A DNA stretch of 64,000 nucleotides, taken from assembly GCA_951406725.2 (NCBI GenBank), contig OX597825.1, positions 54,188,001-54,252,000 on the forward strand. The letters run 5' to 3'. Source of the stretch: Octopus vulgaris (lineage: Eukaryota). The stretch's first letter is position 1. Every line of letters begins with the position of its first letter. Positions 43,558-56,852 of the stretch are shown one piece after another. The position numbers were made by a program, and so were the translations under genes. Below the pieces are notes generated by a model that was not told the DNA's origin, made no database searches, and was given only the letters and a program-made list of their open reading frames with translations.

Positions 43558-43849
43558 CAAACATACATACTTGCATGCATGCGTATACATGCATATACAT
43601 ACATATATATATATATATATATACCCATCTTTTCTACATATATATATATATCAATATGTATCAATACTATGTAGGTCCGTGTGTCACGAACGGAATTTAG
43701 ATATTCCTAATCAAAAGGGTTTACATCCCAATATGTACTTGCTGTCATTTAATGTTTCGAAGTGCTTCGAGATCCACTATTCCAACAAGTAGACAACCGT
43801 TGCTATGCATATAAGTGCATATGCATTTATGGATATGCATATATGTATA

Positions 43850-43904
<55 letters not shown>

Positions 43905-43914
43905 ATGTATATTC

Positions 43915-43960
<46 letters not shown>

Positions 43961-43974
43961 GTATGTATGTATGC

Positions 43975-44005
<31 letters not shown>

Positions 44006-44175
44006 CAGTTATATATATATGCATATATTCTCATGTGTCTATTCATATTCGTGTATATGTGCATGCACATGGATATGGTTGAAAATATAGGTACATAAAT
44101 ATATATGCACACACAATCACCCGTATATTTATATTTACTAACACAAATACAATTATACAAATATATATACACATA

Positions 44176-44252
<77 letters not shown>

Positions 44253-44265
44253 ATATATATGTATA

Positions 44266-44318
<53 letters not shown>

Positions 44319-44538
44319 AATATGAGGGATATGAGGGGTTTACTTGTGATCTATTCGAATATGTACACTGGGTAAGTGGTATATTTGGCCATCCGCTAGA
44401 TTTCACGATCACAACTTACACTAGATTTAGGGATCCGTATTAGGGTTCTCTTATAAGATTTATATATTGTATTAGAAACAAATTAAATCAGACTTGAAAT
44501 ACTTATTCTGCCTTTTATATATATATATATATAGATAG

Positions 44539-44588
<50 letters not shown>

Positions 44589-44928
44589 GAGAGATGTAAA
44601 GAGATAGATAGAAAATATAGATATTGTTATATACATACATGCATAAATATATATATACATATATAAATACATACATGCATATATATATATATATATAATA
44701 CGTATTTTTATCCACCCAAACACATATACATACTTACAGAGCTCAGCACGTGAATGCAAGGAGACACATATACACACACAAATATCTGATGCATTTAGGT
44801 GTGTATCCCTGTGTAGACTTGTTCAATAACATTGACCACGAGTTAACACTATCTAAATACTTAATCCTGGAACATTATCATATATATGTGTGTGTGCGTG
44901 TATAGATATATAGATGTAAAGATAGATA

Positions 44929-44967
<39 letters not shown>

Positions 44968-45012
44968 ACATGTATGTGTATACGTATATATACATACACT
45001 TATATATATATA

Positions 45013-45092
<80 letters not shown>

Positions 45093-45112
45093 TATATATA
45101 TATATGAATATA

Positions 45113-45145
45113 TATATATCTGTAAGGTTGATTCAGATAGGTCTG

Positions 45146-45190
<45 letters not shown>

Positions 45191-45531
45191 CATATATATA
45201 TATATATGTATAAATAAATATATCACAATCAAGGAACGCCATATAATTACCACTAAATAACAAAAATAACGCAAAATAACATTAATACCGTATAAATAAT
45301 TTTCTCTGGTTTCTGATATATTATGGCCGTTCCTTGATTGTGATGTTGAACGTAAAAATGGTTTATGACTATTTAATTTTTTCCTACTAGGCCGCTGGTG
45401 GCAAATGAATTCTACAAAATTTTTTTTTGCCACCCTATATTATATAAATAAATAAATAAAGATAATATATAAAGATATATATATATATATATATATTTAT
45501 TTATTTATTTATATATATATATATTTTTATT

Positions 45532-45613
<82 letters not shown>

Positions 45614-45652
45614 TTGGCACAGACCTATCTGAATCAACCTTACAGATATATA
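45113..45652. repeat. nested inverted repeats among (TA)n tracts
   Basis: outer 38-bp pair 45113-45150 / 45615-45652 (tctgtaaggttgattcagataggtctgtgcca); inner ~22-bp pair 45222-45243 / 45322-45344. Confidence 0.85.
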
Positions 45653-46549
45653 AATACTGTTACTATGCGAGATTTGCCCTATCGACTATGTTCAGGGTAC
45701 ACATCAACTTGTTACGTAGTCGTATAATGCAACTCTTACCTATAGTATTTCTACATATCTCTACTTATACTCGCTAACAATACTCTATTAATACACTATA
45801 TCACTCTCTACAAATACACTTTTAAAATACTATCAATACATTATATATAAGTACTTTTCTAGTACCACTTTCTGGTACTACGGAAATATAGTGCAGAATA
45901 TGAGCGCCGTATATAGGTATATGGAAACCTCAAAGTATCTTTGAAGTCCTCTTCGACTTAATACGTCTTCATTGTACTCTTATTATGAAAATAGTAGCTT
46001 GAGACTATCTCGCCTGGCTATTTACAACTATGGGAATGCGGAACGTGCCATAAAAAAAATGGTTTCGTATCTTACACAGCCCTTGCTTTCGTGCTGTTGA
46101 ATTAAACAAGGAGTTGGCTGTATCTTTATGTAGCAAATGTTTTAAGTTTCTAAGCTGTTGCCAGCATGGTTTGAAAGACAGGATATCGTGCATTTGGGAT
46201 TGGAACGTTTATCAATACTTGTAAATCTTGGAGGATTTTGCCACACCCTAAATTAGTATGATATCCCGCAAAATCGGCTGGCACTATTTTAAAATTAGTA
46301 AAGAAAATATTTGACAATGGGGTCATACATATCAATAAAAACACGTTGTGATCATGCCTGGAATGCTTCTTCAGTAGCCAACTGGACAGTCATAGCTTGC
46401 CGGGATATAAACGATTACAGATATAGGTGTTATTCTATTCTTCATCATATGTTTGGTATCCTTGTGTATTTATTATCTATGTGGTACTACACTAAACGCC
46501 AAGTAGTCACTGACTGCAGAGAAGTCACTCTTTCTCGCATATATTCAAA

Positions 46550-46617
<68 letters not shown>

Positions 46618-46670
46618 GCGCATGCTCACGCGCGCGCGCGCGTGTGTATGTATAATTTGAATATAGATAT

Positions 46671-46706
<36 letters not shown>

Positions 46707-46779
46707 TGGGATGGATGGATCGTTGGACAGATATACTTACAGATAGTCACTCAGAGAGACAGACAGGCAGACAGACAGT

Positions 46780-46821
<42 letters not shown>

Positions 46822-47518
46822 CACAGATAGGCAGACATATAAATAGCTATGCATATGGGCGTGTGCTTGTATACCTCTGTATATATGTTAAACAAGATAC
46901 AGTAGATAAAGTTTAATTCAATCAATCACCGCAAGCACATGATCGCTGCTTATCATTCCAAGGAGGGTCAAAGCATATCCGACCAGGGACATCTTCGAAC
47001 CGAATATCCTAAACGTAATTGCTTTGAACATCTTATGCAGATTCATGAACCACAATCTACATACATATATATCTACCTCTCCTACCTCGCATTATATTAA
47101 TGTTCGTATACATACATACACATATACCTATACATTGGTATACGTATACATACACACACACACACACACACATATGCGTATATCAGAATAAATCAAATAC
47201 GCTTTCCCAGATTCTCTAGCGTATATGTATATGATCCCTTAGAAGGTGTCTGGATCCGTCGCAAGATTACTGATTTTAGTCGACTGAGTGGACTGGTTTA
47301 AAGTCAAACGAAGTCTTTTGCACAAGAACATAACGCATCGCCATGTTTAATAGTCGAACCGACAACGTTACGATAAAGAGTATCTCACCTTTATCACATA
47401 CACATGTATATATTTAGAAATACATATGCCTATATATATATGCATATGTGCGTAAGATAAATATGAACGAATATATATATATGCACAAATGTGTGCGTGG
47501 GAGAGGAAAGGAGATCAA

Positions 47519-47585
47519 ATAGATAGATAGATAGAAGGATAGATAGAGCGGTATATAGATAGATAGATAGATAGATAGATAGAAG

Positions 47586-47676
<91 letters not shown>

Positions 47677-47825
47677 GGGTAGGTAGGTAAGTAGGTAGGT
47701 AGGTTGGTAGGTAGGTAGGTAGGTAAGTAGGTAGGTAGGTAGGTAGGTAGGTAGGTAGGTAGGTAGGTAGGTAGGTAGGTAGGTAGGTAGGTAGGTAGGT
47801 AGGTAGGTAGGTAGGTAGGTAGGTT
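47519..47825. repeat. (GATA)n(GGTA)n microsatellite
   Basis: direct reading. Confidence 0.95.
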
Positions 47826-48585
47826 AGATAAGATTCGACTAGATAAGAAATAAAAATATGTCCCAACGCATACAGTGAAAGTCAAGCTGGTTAGAGATTT
47901 CGGGAAGAATTCTACCACTAGGATCAAGACTTTATTTTGCATTGAAAATCGAACCACCTGAAAAATTCTTTGTGGCAGTAAAATGAAACGCCAGCTTCCA
48001 ACTAACCAATGTCTTTAACCCAGTACTTACAAATTTCTAAAACTATATATGTCTCCGTGCGTGTATTTGTACGCATACATCTATGTATATCTATACACAC
48101 AGACATAGACATGCTTATGCATGTGCTTGCATATTTGTGTGTAATGGTGTATAGGTATCTAAGTAGTTTTATACATATGCATTATTTATGACGTTTGCAC
48201 ATTATCTGTTTTTATCGATAGTTTAAAAATATGTTCTGGTATTTTTATAGCATATAATCACTATATTCATAAGTCAATTCTTTAAAGATTTATATTGCAA
48301 ACTCCCGCATATATAAGCAAATACACACGTCCGAATGGCCAAGCACAGACGCATCGATAGATAAAATATATATGTTTATATCTATTTATACATATATGTG
48401 TGTGTGTGTGTGCATGTGTGTGTGTATGTAGTTATGTATATATGTATATCCGAGTATGTCTATACGTTATTTGCTTTATAATTATACATGCATGTGTATC
48501 TCTCTCATTCTCTCTCTCTCTCATCATATATATATATATATATATATACCCACACATACACAAGCACACATACACACACACACAG

Positions 48586-48626
<41 letters not shown>

Positions 48627-51600
48627 CGTTTGCATGCTTGTGGGTGTGTGTGTAGGTATGGGTGTGTTTGTGTGTCCTGTGTGTATGTATATATAATACA
48701 TAGTTCGCTAAAAGTTAAAGTATTGTTACGGCAAGTCTTGTGAGCCTTTGTTGGTTTTTAGTTTTTCACAAGTCGAATATGCAGCACACATTAAAAACAT
48801 CCTGACAACCGCACTTATGTGAAGTAACTTCCGGTCTAGCATATACGGGTGCTGGACTGTTGTAAGGGTACAACATCGTATGTCGATATTTGTAGTGATT
48901 TGTATTATCATTTACATCATTAGGGTATGAATACATGTATGAATAAGTAACAGCTATGAAGTTAATATTAAAAATAAAAAATGACAGAGAAAATAAAATA
49001 GAAATCTATAAGGACATATAGATATGCAAACCGTTTGCCGATGTCGAGGTTATTGGTTAATAAGTAAATTTTATTGATAATAATTTTATGTATTTTATAT
49101 GAAAGCAATGGCGCGTGTGCGTGAATCTAAATTACAGGACATGGTTTATGTGATTGTTATAGCTCAATATTACTCCATTTTAATACAGGCTGGATGAACT
49201 TGTGATCATTTAAGCAAGTGTTCATCAATGTGTCAACATTTCTTTAAGATTTCTCACTTAGTATTTCAATAATATTCAGAAATATTAATGTTTCTCACCA
49301 TAATGCTATTTTCACCTGTACATAAGTGGCGTCTGTTTTTGATTTGCATATGGACAGCGTCACTGTAATTTGCTCTACCGAGTAGCAAAGGGTTTTGTTG
49401 TTAACTTAAGATATAATTTGATTTCCATTTGTTTTTTGCGTGTTTTATTTTCTACAAATCTGAAAAACTTCCTATATTCTATTAAGGCTACGGATTTTCA
49501 GTAGTGTTAAAAATTTTAGGGAAAAGGACGTGTGAACAATATTATATTTAGCGTCATTTCATCTGAATATAGCATAACAGGAAGTGTAAGTGTATGTACT
49601 CAATATTTTCGAACCTAAGAGATTTTAGTTCATTATTATAAAGACTCACAATACTTGGTTACACTTCTGATTTTCAACAGGTTTTCTGTAAACTGTTGGG
49701 CATTGGCATATATTAATATATGTGAGTTTTACATACTTGTATTAATGTGCAATTAAAGGTATTTCAACATTTACGAATTTAGCTTAACATTTAGAGTGAG
49801 GATTTGAAGACATCTTAGTAAGGTCATTTATTCAAGTTATCTAAGAAAAAAACTCCCGTCTTCACTATCCTTAATAAGCGTTTCGTGTGCAAACATATGG
49901 TGTGCACGGGTCCAAATCATGAATGTAACAGGAAGTTCACAGTAAAACATCATCTATATAAAGACATCGTTACCACTTGTCTAATTCCACTTGGGGCAGG
50001 GTGTGGCCGAAAAATTCGTGGGAGGCTTTTCCAACACATCTTGTATGGCCACTGGTGTGTTGTGATGAAACCACTCCTTCATAACTCTTTGGTATAATAT
50101 GTACTGTACTAAATTACGCACTTAAATCATCTAAGATGGATGTATTAAAACAATCGTAAAACTCGCTATTGTTAAACGTCCTTTTATCGATTTCGAATGG
50201 ACCTCAAGTAGGTGAACATTTTGTATTCAGACAGAATCTTTCTAGTCTACATGACGATATTTACGTCATAAGTATCTCTATCGTTATATGCTCTGGCAAA
50301 ATGTAAGATTATACGGAGTTGAGGATTGAGGATGGAGGGATAAATTCGACAATATCTATTTGGGTAATTTGGTGTCGCATACTTAACATTATTAAATCAT
50401 CTAATTATTATTCTGCTTCTATTCCATTACCAGGGTACTATCTAGCTCACTAATATTGCAGTTTTGATCGAGGTTTTCTTGCGAGTTAATCCAGTCTCTG
50501 TTTTAAGTGGATTAATTAATGTACATTTACGATTAGATTTAAAATTTATATGTGGTCTTTAATTGCTGCGTAGGCCTTGCATTTAAATATATAAAGCTTA
50601 TAATGAAATTTTATTATTATTTTTTTGCTGAATGTTTATGTCCCGGTAGGATTCTACGCTAGCTTTTCTATAATTTTATGGATATTATTACTAAGACGTT
50701 GACGTCTAGTGTAATCAGAGAATAAACATACATACATATATGTTTATGTGTATTCATGAATATATACATTTGACTATGTGTGCGCGTGTTTGTGCGTGTA
50801 TGTGTGTGTGTGAGCATATATTTGTCTTGTAATTCACTTTATGTCAAATCTACATTTACTTTGGAAAGTACTGGTGAGCTTAGAGGACAGAATCAAATAC
50901 TCTCAGGTATTTACTGACTGGGGTAAGTCTGTGCCTCAACAATAAAATACTTTATAGTTTGTCCATTGGCCTCAGAGTGGTAAAAGAAAATATTCAGGCA
51001 TGTGCTTACAACAGTTAACTCTTACTCTACGTCTGTCATCAAATTGTAATTACATGGACTTAGCATTATCTTCGAAGACTGATATAAACAGCGTAAATCC
51101 ATAACTGTTCCTGTAGATTTTGATCATGAAATTAGTTCTGTTATATGCAATTCTGTGATATATTGAAAATAATACAATTCACGATGTGCCATTGTAATAC
51201 GTTATTACTTGAGGTAAGAACGTTAGTATTAGATGTCAAAGTTATTTATGAGGTTATTTTTGGTCGCCTGATAATATGTAATTATTTTAACCAAACGTAC
51301 ATTACGTAAGGATGGCTTATCTATAACAGACTATATATTCATACATATGTACATATAACTCTGTGTGTGTGTGTGTGTGTTTGTGTGTGTGATTGTGTAG
51401 TGTTTGCGTAGTGTATGTAAGTGTGTGTAAATACCATTGTATGCCCCCCCCCCCGATATCCTTTAATTTAAAGTATTGAATCAAGATGGAGTCTCAGCAA
51501 CACACAAACCATAAAATGAAGACCAGATTGAAATGTTCGAAGTGATCGACTAAAACCGTTAACTTAGTGCCTCATGATGGTCACATAAATGTGTGTGTGT

Positions 51601-51795
51601 GTATGTGTGTGTGTGTGTGTGTTCTGTGTGTGAGAGTTTGTGTGTGTGTAATATTTTGGATTAATGAGTATACATCGCTTAGTGTTTTAATGTATTGAGT
51701 AAATGCCTGGTATGGTTTGGGCTATCTGGTGTTATCCACAATTGTGATTTTATGTCCGTTGGATTTACTTCAGGAATTCTGTAGTGTTAGTTGAG

Positions 51796-52001
51796 ATAAT
51801 AATAATTGATTAAGTAACCAGAAGAGATGGATTTGGTATTAGCTTTGCTTTTATACGACGATCGTTTCGACCCATCCTGTTACTGTCTTTTACGAGTGTC
51901 CCAAGGACTTCCACCCATAAGCAACAGTAGCAGGATGGGTCCAAACGATCGTCGTACAAAATAAAGCCTAATACCAAATCCATCTTCTGGTTACTTAATC
52001 A

Positions 52002-52012
<11 letters not shown>
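51796..52012. repeat. imperfect ~90-bp inverted repeat carrying a partial hammerhead motif, bounded by (TAA)/(TTA)n
   Basis: arms about 51796-51886 / 51924-52012, 37-nt spacer, several mismatches and indels; minus strand gac..gggtc-GAAAC-gatc-GTC. Confidence 0.85.
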
Positions 52013-52096
<84 letters not shown>

Positions 52097-52719
52097 CGGA
52101 GAGGGAGAGGGAGAGAAAGAGGGAGGGTAAGAGAGAGAGAGGGACAGACAGAAATAGCCAGACGGACGGACAGGCAAATAAAACAAATGAAAGGTGTACA
52201 AAGAGAGGAGATGAATGTAGAGTGTGATAGAAAAATGGGAAAATTGAACTCGCGGTAGAAAAGAAGAAAAATAAAGAGTAGTGATAGAATGAGATATATA
52301 CATAAGTGTGTGATAAGGATCTATATGTATATGAATACACGTGTTTGATCAAGTTGAAACTAAGTGTGACAATTAGAAATAAAATTCTCATAAAATAGGG
52401 TGATGGTTATGACACAAGGAATGAAAAACATGGTCGCGTAGAGGAGCAGTATGAGAGTGAGGAATTTGAGGTGGGGGAGGGGAGACAATAGAAGCAAAGA
52501 ATTCAAGTGGAGTGGGGAGGGAGGTAATTTGTAAGAAAACTGATTTGAAACTGACAAAGGCATACATACATGAATGGATCCGCATACACATACAACAACA
52601 CGCTTGCACAAACGTACACGAATAAGCACAAACACTTATACATGTGTATGTGTGTAAGTACACATATATATACATATACACACATAAATATATGTACGTA
52701 TATATATATATGTATATGT

Positions 52720-53035
52720 GGAGGCACAATGGCCCAGTGGTTAGGGCAGCGGACTCGCGGTCCTAGGATCGCAGTTTCGATTACCAGACAGGGCGTTGTG
52801 TGTGTTTATTGAGCGAAAACACCTAAAAGATCCACGAGGCTCCGGCAACGGGTGGTGGCGACCCCTGTTGTATTCTTTCTTTCACCACAACTTTCTCTCA
52901 CTCTCACTTCCTGTTTCTTGAGTAACGCTGCGATGGACTGGCATCCCGTCCAGCTGGGGGGGGGGGAAGAACACATACGCCACAGAAACCAGGAGACCTG
53001 GCAGGCTTGAAAAGGGCAACGTTTATCGTTTCGTT
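52720..53035 (+). mobile_element. tRNA-derived SINE family C with Meta/V-domain-like body
   Basis: A box tggcccagtgg, B-box-like gtttcgattacc, then ctgcgatggactggcatcccgtccagc..gccacagaaacc. Confidence 0.8.
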
Positions 53036-53038
53036 TAC

Positions 53039-53097
<59 letters not shown>

Positions 53098-53155
53098 TAC
53101 AAACTATCACACCCGTATATGGATTTCTATCAAAACATGCATGTAAATATAAGTG

Positions 53156-53195
<40 letters not shown>

Positions 53196-53196
<1 letters not shown>

Positions 53197-53375
53197 TTAT
53201 TTTATAGAAGGAGCTTCTACAGGACTAGAACTGTTTCATTCAAAAAAAAATTTTTTTTTTTTTGAATGAAACAGTTCTAGTCCTGTAGAAGCTCCTTCTA
53301 TAAAATAAATTAATTTACTCTGCTATGTATTGAGTACCTTATTTACTGTGGTTAACCCCGACTCAACCCGGGACC

Positions 53376-53378
<3 letters not shown>
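53196..53378. repeat. fold-back (46-bp arms plus A9/T13 centre) of a Penelope-like terminal fragment within (TA)n
   Basis: tttattttatagaaggagcttctacaggactagaactgtttcattc / gaatgaaacagttctagtcctgtagaagctccttctataaaataaa; carries a GAAAC-agttcta-GTC half-motif; the right arm continues uniquely to ..gggacctac. Confidence 0.85.
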
Positions 53379-53419
<41 letters not shown>

Positions 53420-53820
53420 TATAGGTATATTTATATATGTATTAGGCATGTGTGTGTTGATATATATATATATATATTTTTTTTTAAGTACATAAATACA
53501 GAGAAAATGTTGAGAGAAAAGAGAGAGAGAGAAAAAAGAGAGAGAGAAAGAAACAAACAAAGAGAAAGAGAGAGAGAGAAAGAGAATGAGAGGAATTGGT
53601 TAAGTCTAAACAGAACAGGTTTGTCACATGAGTGTAAGGTATAATGTAAGTCTATGCGTGGGTGTTGGGTTGGTTAGGGAGAGGTAAAAGCCAAAATACA
53701 ATTATCTAAACATTGCTGCCTGAAGTTGTTCACTCGATTACTGGACATTAATATTTTACAACATAATTTATGCTTTACACACACACACATATACATACAT
53801 ATACGTGTGTTTGTGTATGC

Positions 53821-53898
<78 letters not shown>

Positions 53899-54122
53899 TA
53901 TATAAGCCTGTATGTAAGCTTGTACATGTATGTACATATGTTTACATACTACATAATGTATTTATGTTTGTATTTATATATGGCTGTGAGTATATGTATA
54001 TTACTGCCTATTTATATCTATTAATTAATACATGTGTACAAATATATATATATATATATATATATACTAAAGTATATATATATATATATATATATATATT
54101 TTTATTAATTATATATAGAGAA

Positions 54123-54153
<31 letters not shown>

Positions 54154-54154
54154 C

Positions 54155-54198
<44 letters not shown>

Positions 54199-54289
54199 CT
54201 GCACTTATTCACACACACACACAACACATAATTACAAAGAAAACAATTCTGCATGGAACTGAATAATAACTCCATAATTTTTTAGCTTG

Positions 54290-54530
54290 TAAATTTATTA
54301 TTCTTTAACAAGGATAGTATTGAAGTGACTTCGAAGTTTCGTCCAGCTAAACAATTATCGGACTGTGAAGCGTTGTCTTAATCTTGGCATTATATAAAAA
54401 AAAGTATCCTGCAGTCCGTGGGGTTCAGTTAAATGGTTATTAGGTTTTACAATTGGTTGTACATATTACATACATTGTCTTACAGCGACAAACCCCTGTA
54501 GTTTTTATCGCGTTTTCGTTCACTGGTGGT
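54290..54530 (-). mobile_element. probable Penelope-like remnant: GIY-YIG-like peptide followed by 3' half of a hammerhead
   Basis: minus strand RCKTMYVICTTNC (cf. CxTxNVIYxIxC), then gtcc..ggac-GAAAC-ttcgaa-GTC at 54327-54363. Confidence 0.5.
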
Positions 54531-55129
54531 TTTTTTTTTATTCTTCTATTTGGTCTTTATAACAGCCTTTTGATTTCTTCTAATAATAATAATTTCATTA
54601 ATGCCTGCACAGAATTTAAAAATTATGGTCCTATAATGAAAGTAGATATGTATTAGAGCATCGGACAACATACTTGACGTTCTGTGTTCCTGTATGTTTT
54701 ACGTTCCATCCCACTTAAGGCAGACTTTGCTTTTCAATCTAACGGAGTAAATATGATAAATTAGCCATCAAGGAGTGGAATCGATGTAACTGACTATACA
54801 ATCACTTTAAACTCGTATAACTTTTGCCATATCTTGAAAGCGTTATTCCTAAGTTATTCTGAAGACGCTGACCTAGCAGAGTCATTTGAGTATCGGAAGA
54901 ACTACTTGGCGCTATTTATTCCTACTATTTTCATTGAGTTCAAATTCCGCTGAGGGTAATTTTGTATTACATCTTTTCGGGACAATAAATTGTAGTAACA
55001 ATCAAGAACTGTGGCCTATGTAATACACCTACGATTTGGTCCTGCTTTTGGTGGCATAGTACCATAATTTGAAATGATAAGTATTACTGGTTTTTCTTTC
55101 CTCACATTTTCTAACAAATGTCTCCATTT

Positions 55130-55790
55130 TTTAAGGTCTCTCTAATTCGTCTGAGACCCCAGACATTGAAAATTTCCTAATAAGGCAGTTTTCTTTTTCT
55201 TTTTTTTTCATCTTTGGATTTTTTTAGTATAATGCCGATATCCTACTTGTTTTTTAAGCTGGTCAAGAAAGGGATCTGAGTGCTCCAACCACAGCACTAA
55301 TAACTTTAGAAACGGTATTCCGCATTCTTCCTAGATCCAGCTACAGCTCTGCGTAGTTTCTAATCCCTTGGACTTCTTTAGTTTTGACATTATAGTAACC
55401 TAGCACCAATGTACTAATAGTGTAAGTCTTATGGAGGTCTTAGACCATAAACATTTGATTTCCCTCTCAGTTTATAAGTTACAGCCTCACAGAATTAGGG
55501 CAGTGTCGTTGTCCATGATTTGGTCTGACCTGTGTCATCAGTATTTTTCATGTGTTTATGCATTGCGCTTACAAAGGCTCCTGTGAACGTATTGACTTAC
55601 TTTGTATTGGCAGACTTTGTATCATGTTGTACAAACCTCCCACATGCAGCGTCAATATGTCTCACATTCTCAAAGCTTTCAGAAACAATCGGCGATTTCA
55701 AGAGCTTTGTAGTTAGACTTCTTTGTTGAGCTGGTTGCAAGGACCTGATCCGCAAATGCAATAGGAAGAAATTTTGCTTCCCACTTTAAT
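55130..55790 (-). mobile_element. highly decayed R4/Dong-type LINE 3' portion
   Basis: NVRHIDAACG (zinc-knuckle-like), AVVGAL and KTALLG C-terminal motifs in order. Confidence 0.55.
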
Positions 55791-55945
55791 TCTATCTTTC
55801 CCTAGGGAAAATATTATTAGTATTATTATCAATATTATCATTATCAAATTACGCCGGCCAACCTTACTTTTCATCCTTTCCGAGCCGATATAATCGTCTT
55901 ACTCCTCCGCTAAAATTGCTAGCCTTATACCAAAATTTGAAGCCA

Positions 55946-55946
<1 letters not shown>

Positions 55947-56001
<55 letters not shown>

Positions 56002-56050
56002 GGTGTTGTTGCTGTTACTACTACTACTACTGCTACTACTACTACTACTG

Positions 56051-56121
<71 letters not shown>

Positions 56122-56150
56122 GCTGCTGCTGCTACTACTACTACTACTAC
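55947..56150. repeat. (ATT)n(ACT)n microsatellite
   Basis: direct reading. Confidence 0.95.
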
Positions 56151-56468
56151 ATTAAGGATTATCAATTACAGTATAACATATCAATTGTTGAATCGGTTGA
56201 GCGTCAGAAAAGTCCTTTGCAGAATTTTGTACGAGTTCAATTTCCGCCATCATTGAATTTGATGGCTATAACAAACAATAACCCTTCCTTACAATATGGT
56301 GAAGTATTAGGTCTGAAGTTATAGGTTCTGCCATTATTGATTGCCAACCCTCTCAGGCAGATTAACGCTGCTCTCGGATAATTGTAATTTTGCCAGTTTG
56401 GGAGCCATTATGTACTTTGGCTTATAACTGTTGTTGTTATTGTCGTCATCATCATCATCATCATTATT

Positions 56469-56685
56469 AAGGCGCCAAATTGGCAGAATCGTTAGCATGC
56501 CGGGCGAAATGCATAGCGGTATTTAGTCCCTCTTTATGTTCTGAGTTCAAATTCCGCTGAGGTTGACTTTTCCTTTTATCCCTTCAGTGTCAATAAAATA
56601 AGTACCACTTGAATACTGGGTTCGATGAAATCGACTCATCCCCTCCCTCTTGAATTTTAGGCCTCTTGTGCTTATAGTCGAAAGG

Positions 56686-56686
<1 letters not shown>
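56469..56686 (+). mobile_element. SINE family B (tail type 1) followed by (ATT)n(GTT)n(ATT)n
   Basis: aaggcgccaaattggcagaatcgttagcatgccgggcgaaatgc..ctgagttcaaattccgc..ggcctcttgtgcttatagtcgaaaggattatt. Confidence 0.88.
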
Positions 56687-56757
<71 letters not shown>

Positions 56758-56758
56758 A

Positions 56759-56852
<94 letters not shown>

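Noticed and set aside
43740-43775. Minus-strand gaagcacttc-GAAAC-attaaat-GAC
   Set aside because: No CUGANGA box and no GUH cleavage triplet
52720-52800. tRNA gene
   Set aside because: A/B boxes are present but no proper acceptor stem, and the sequence continues into a SINE body
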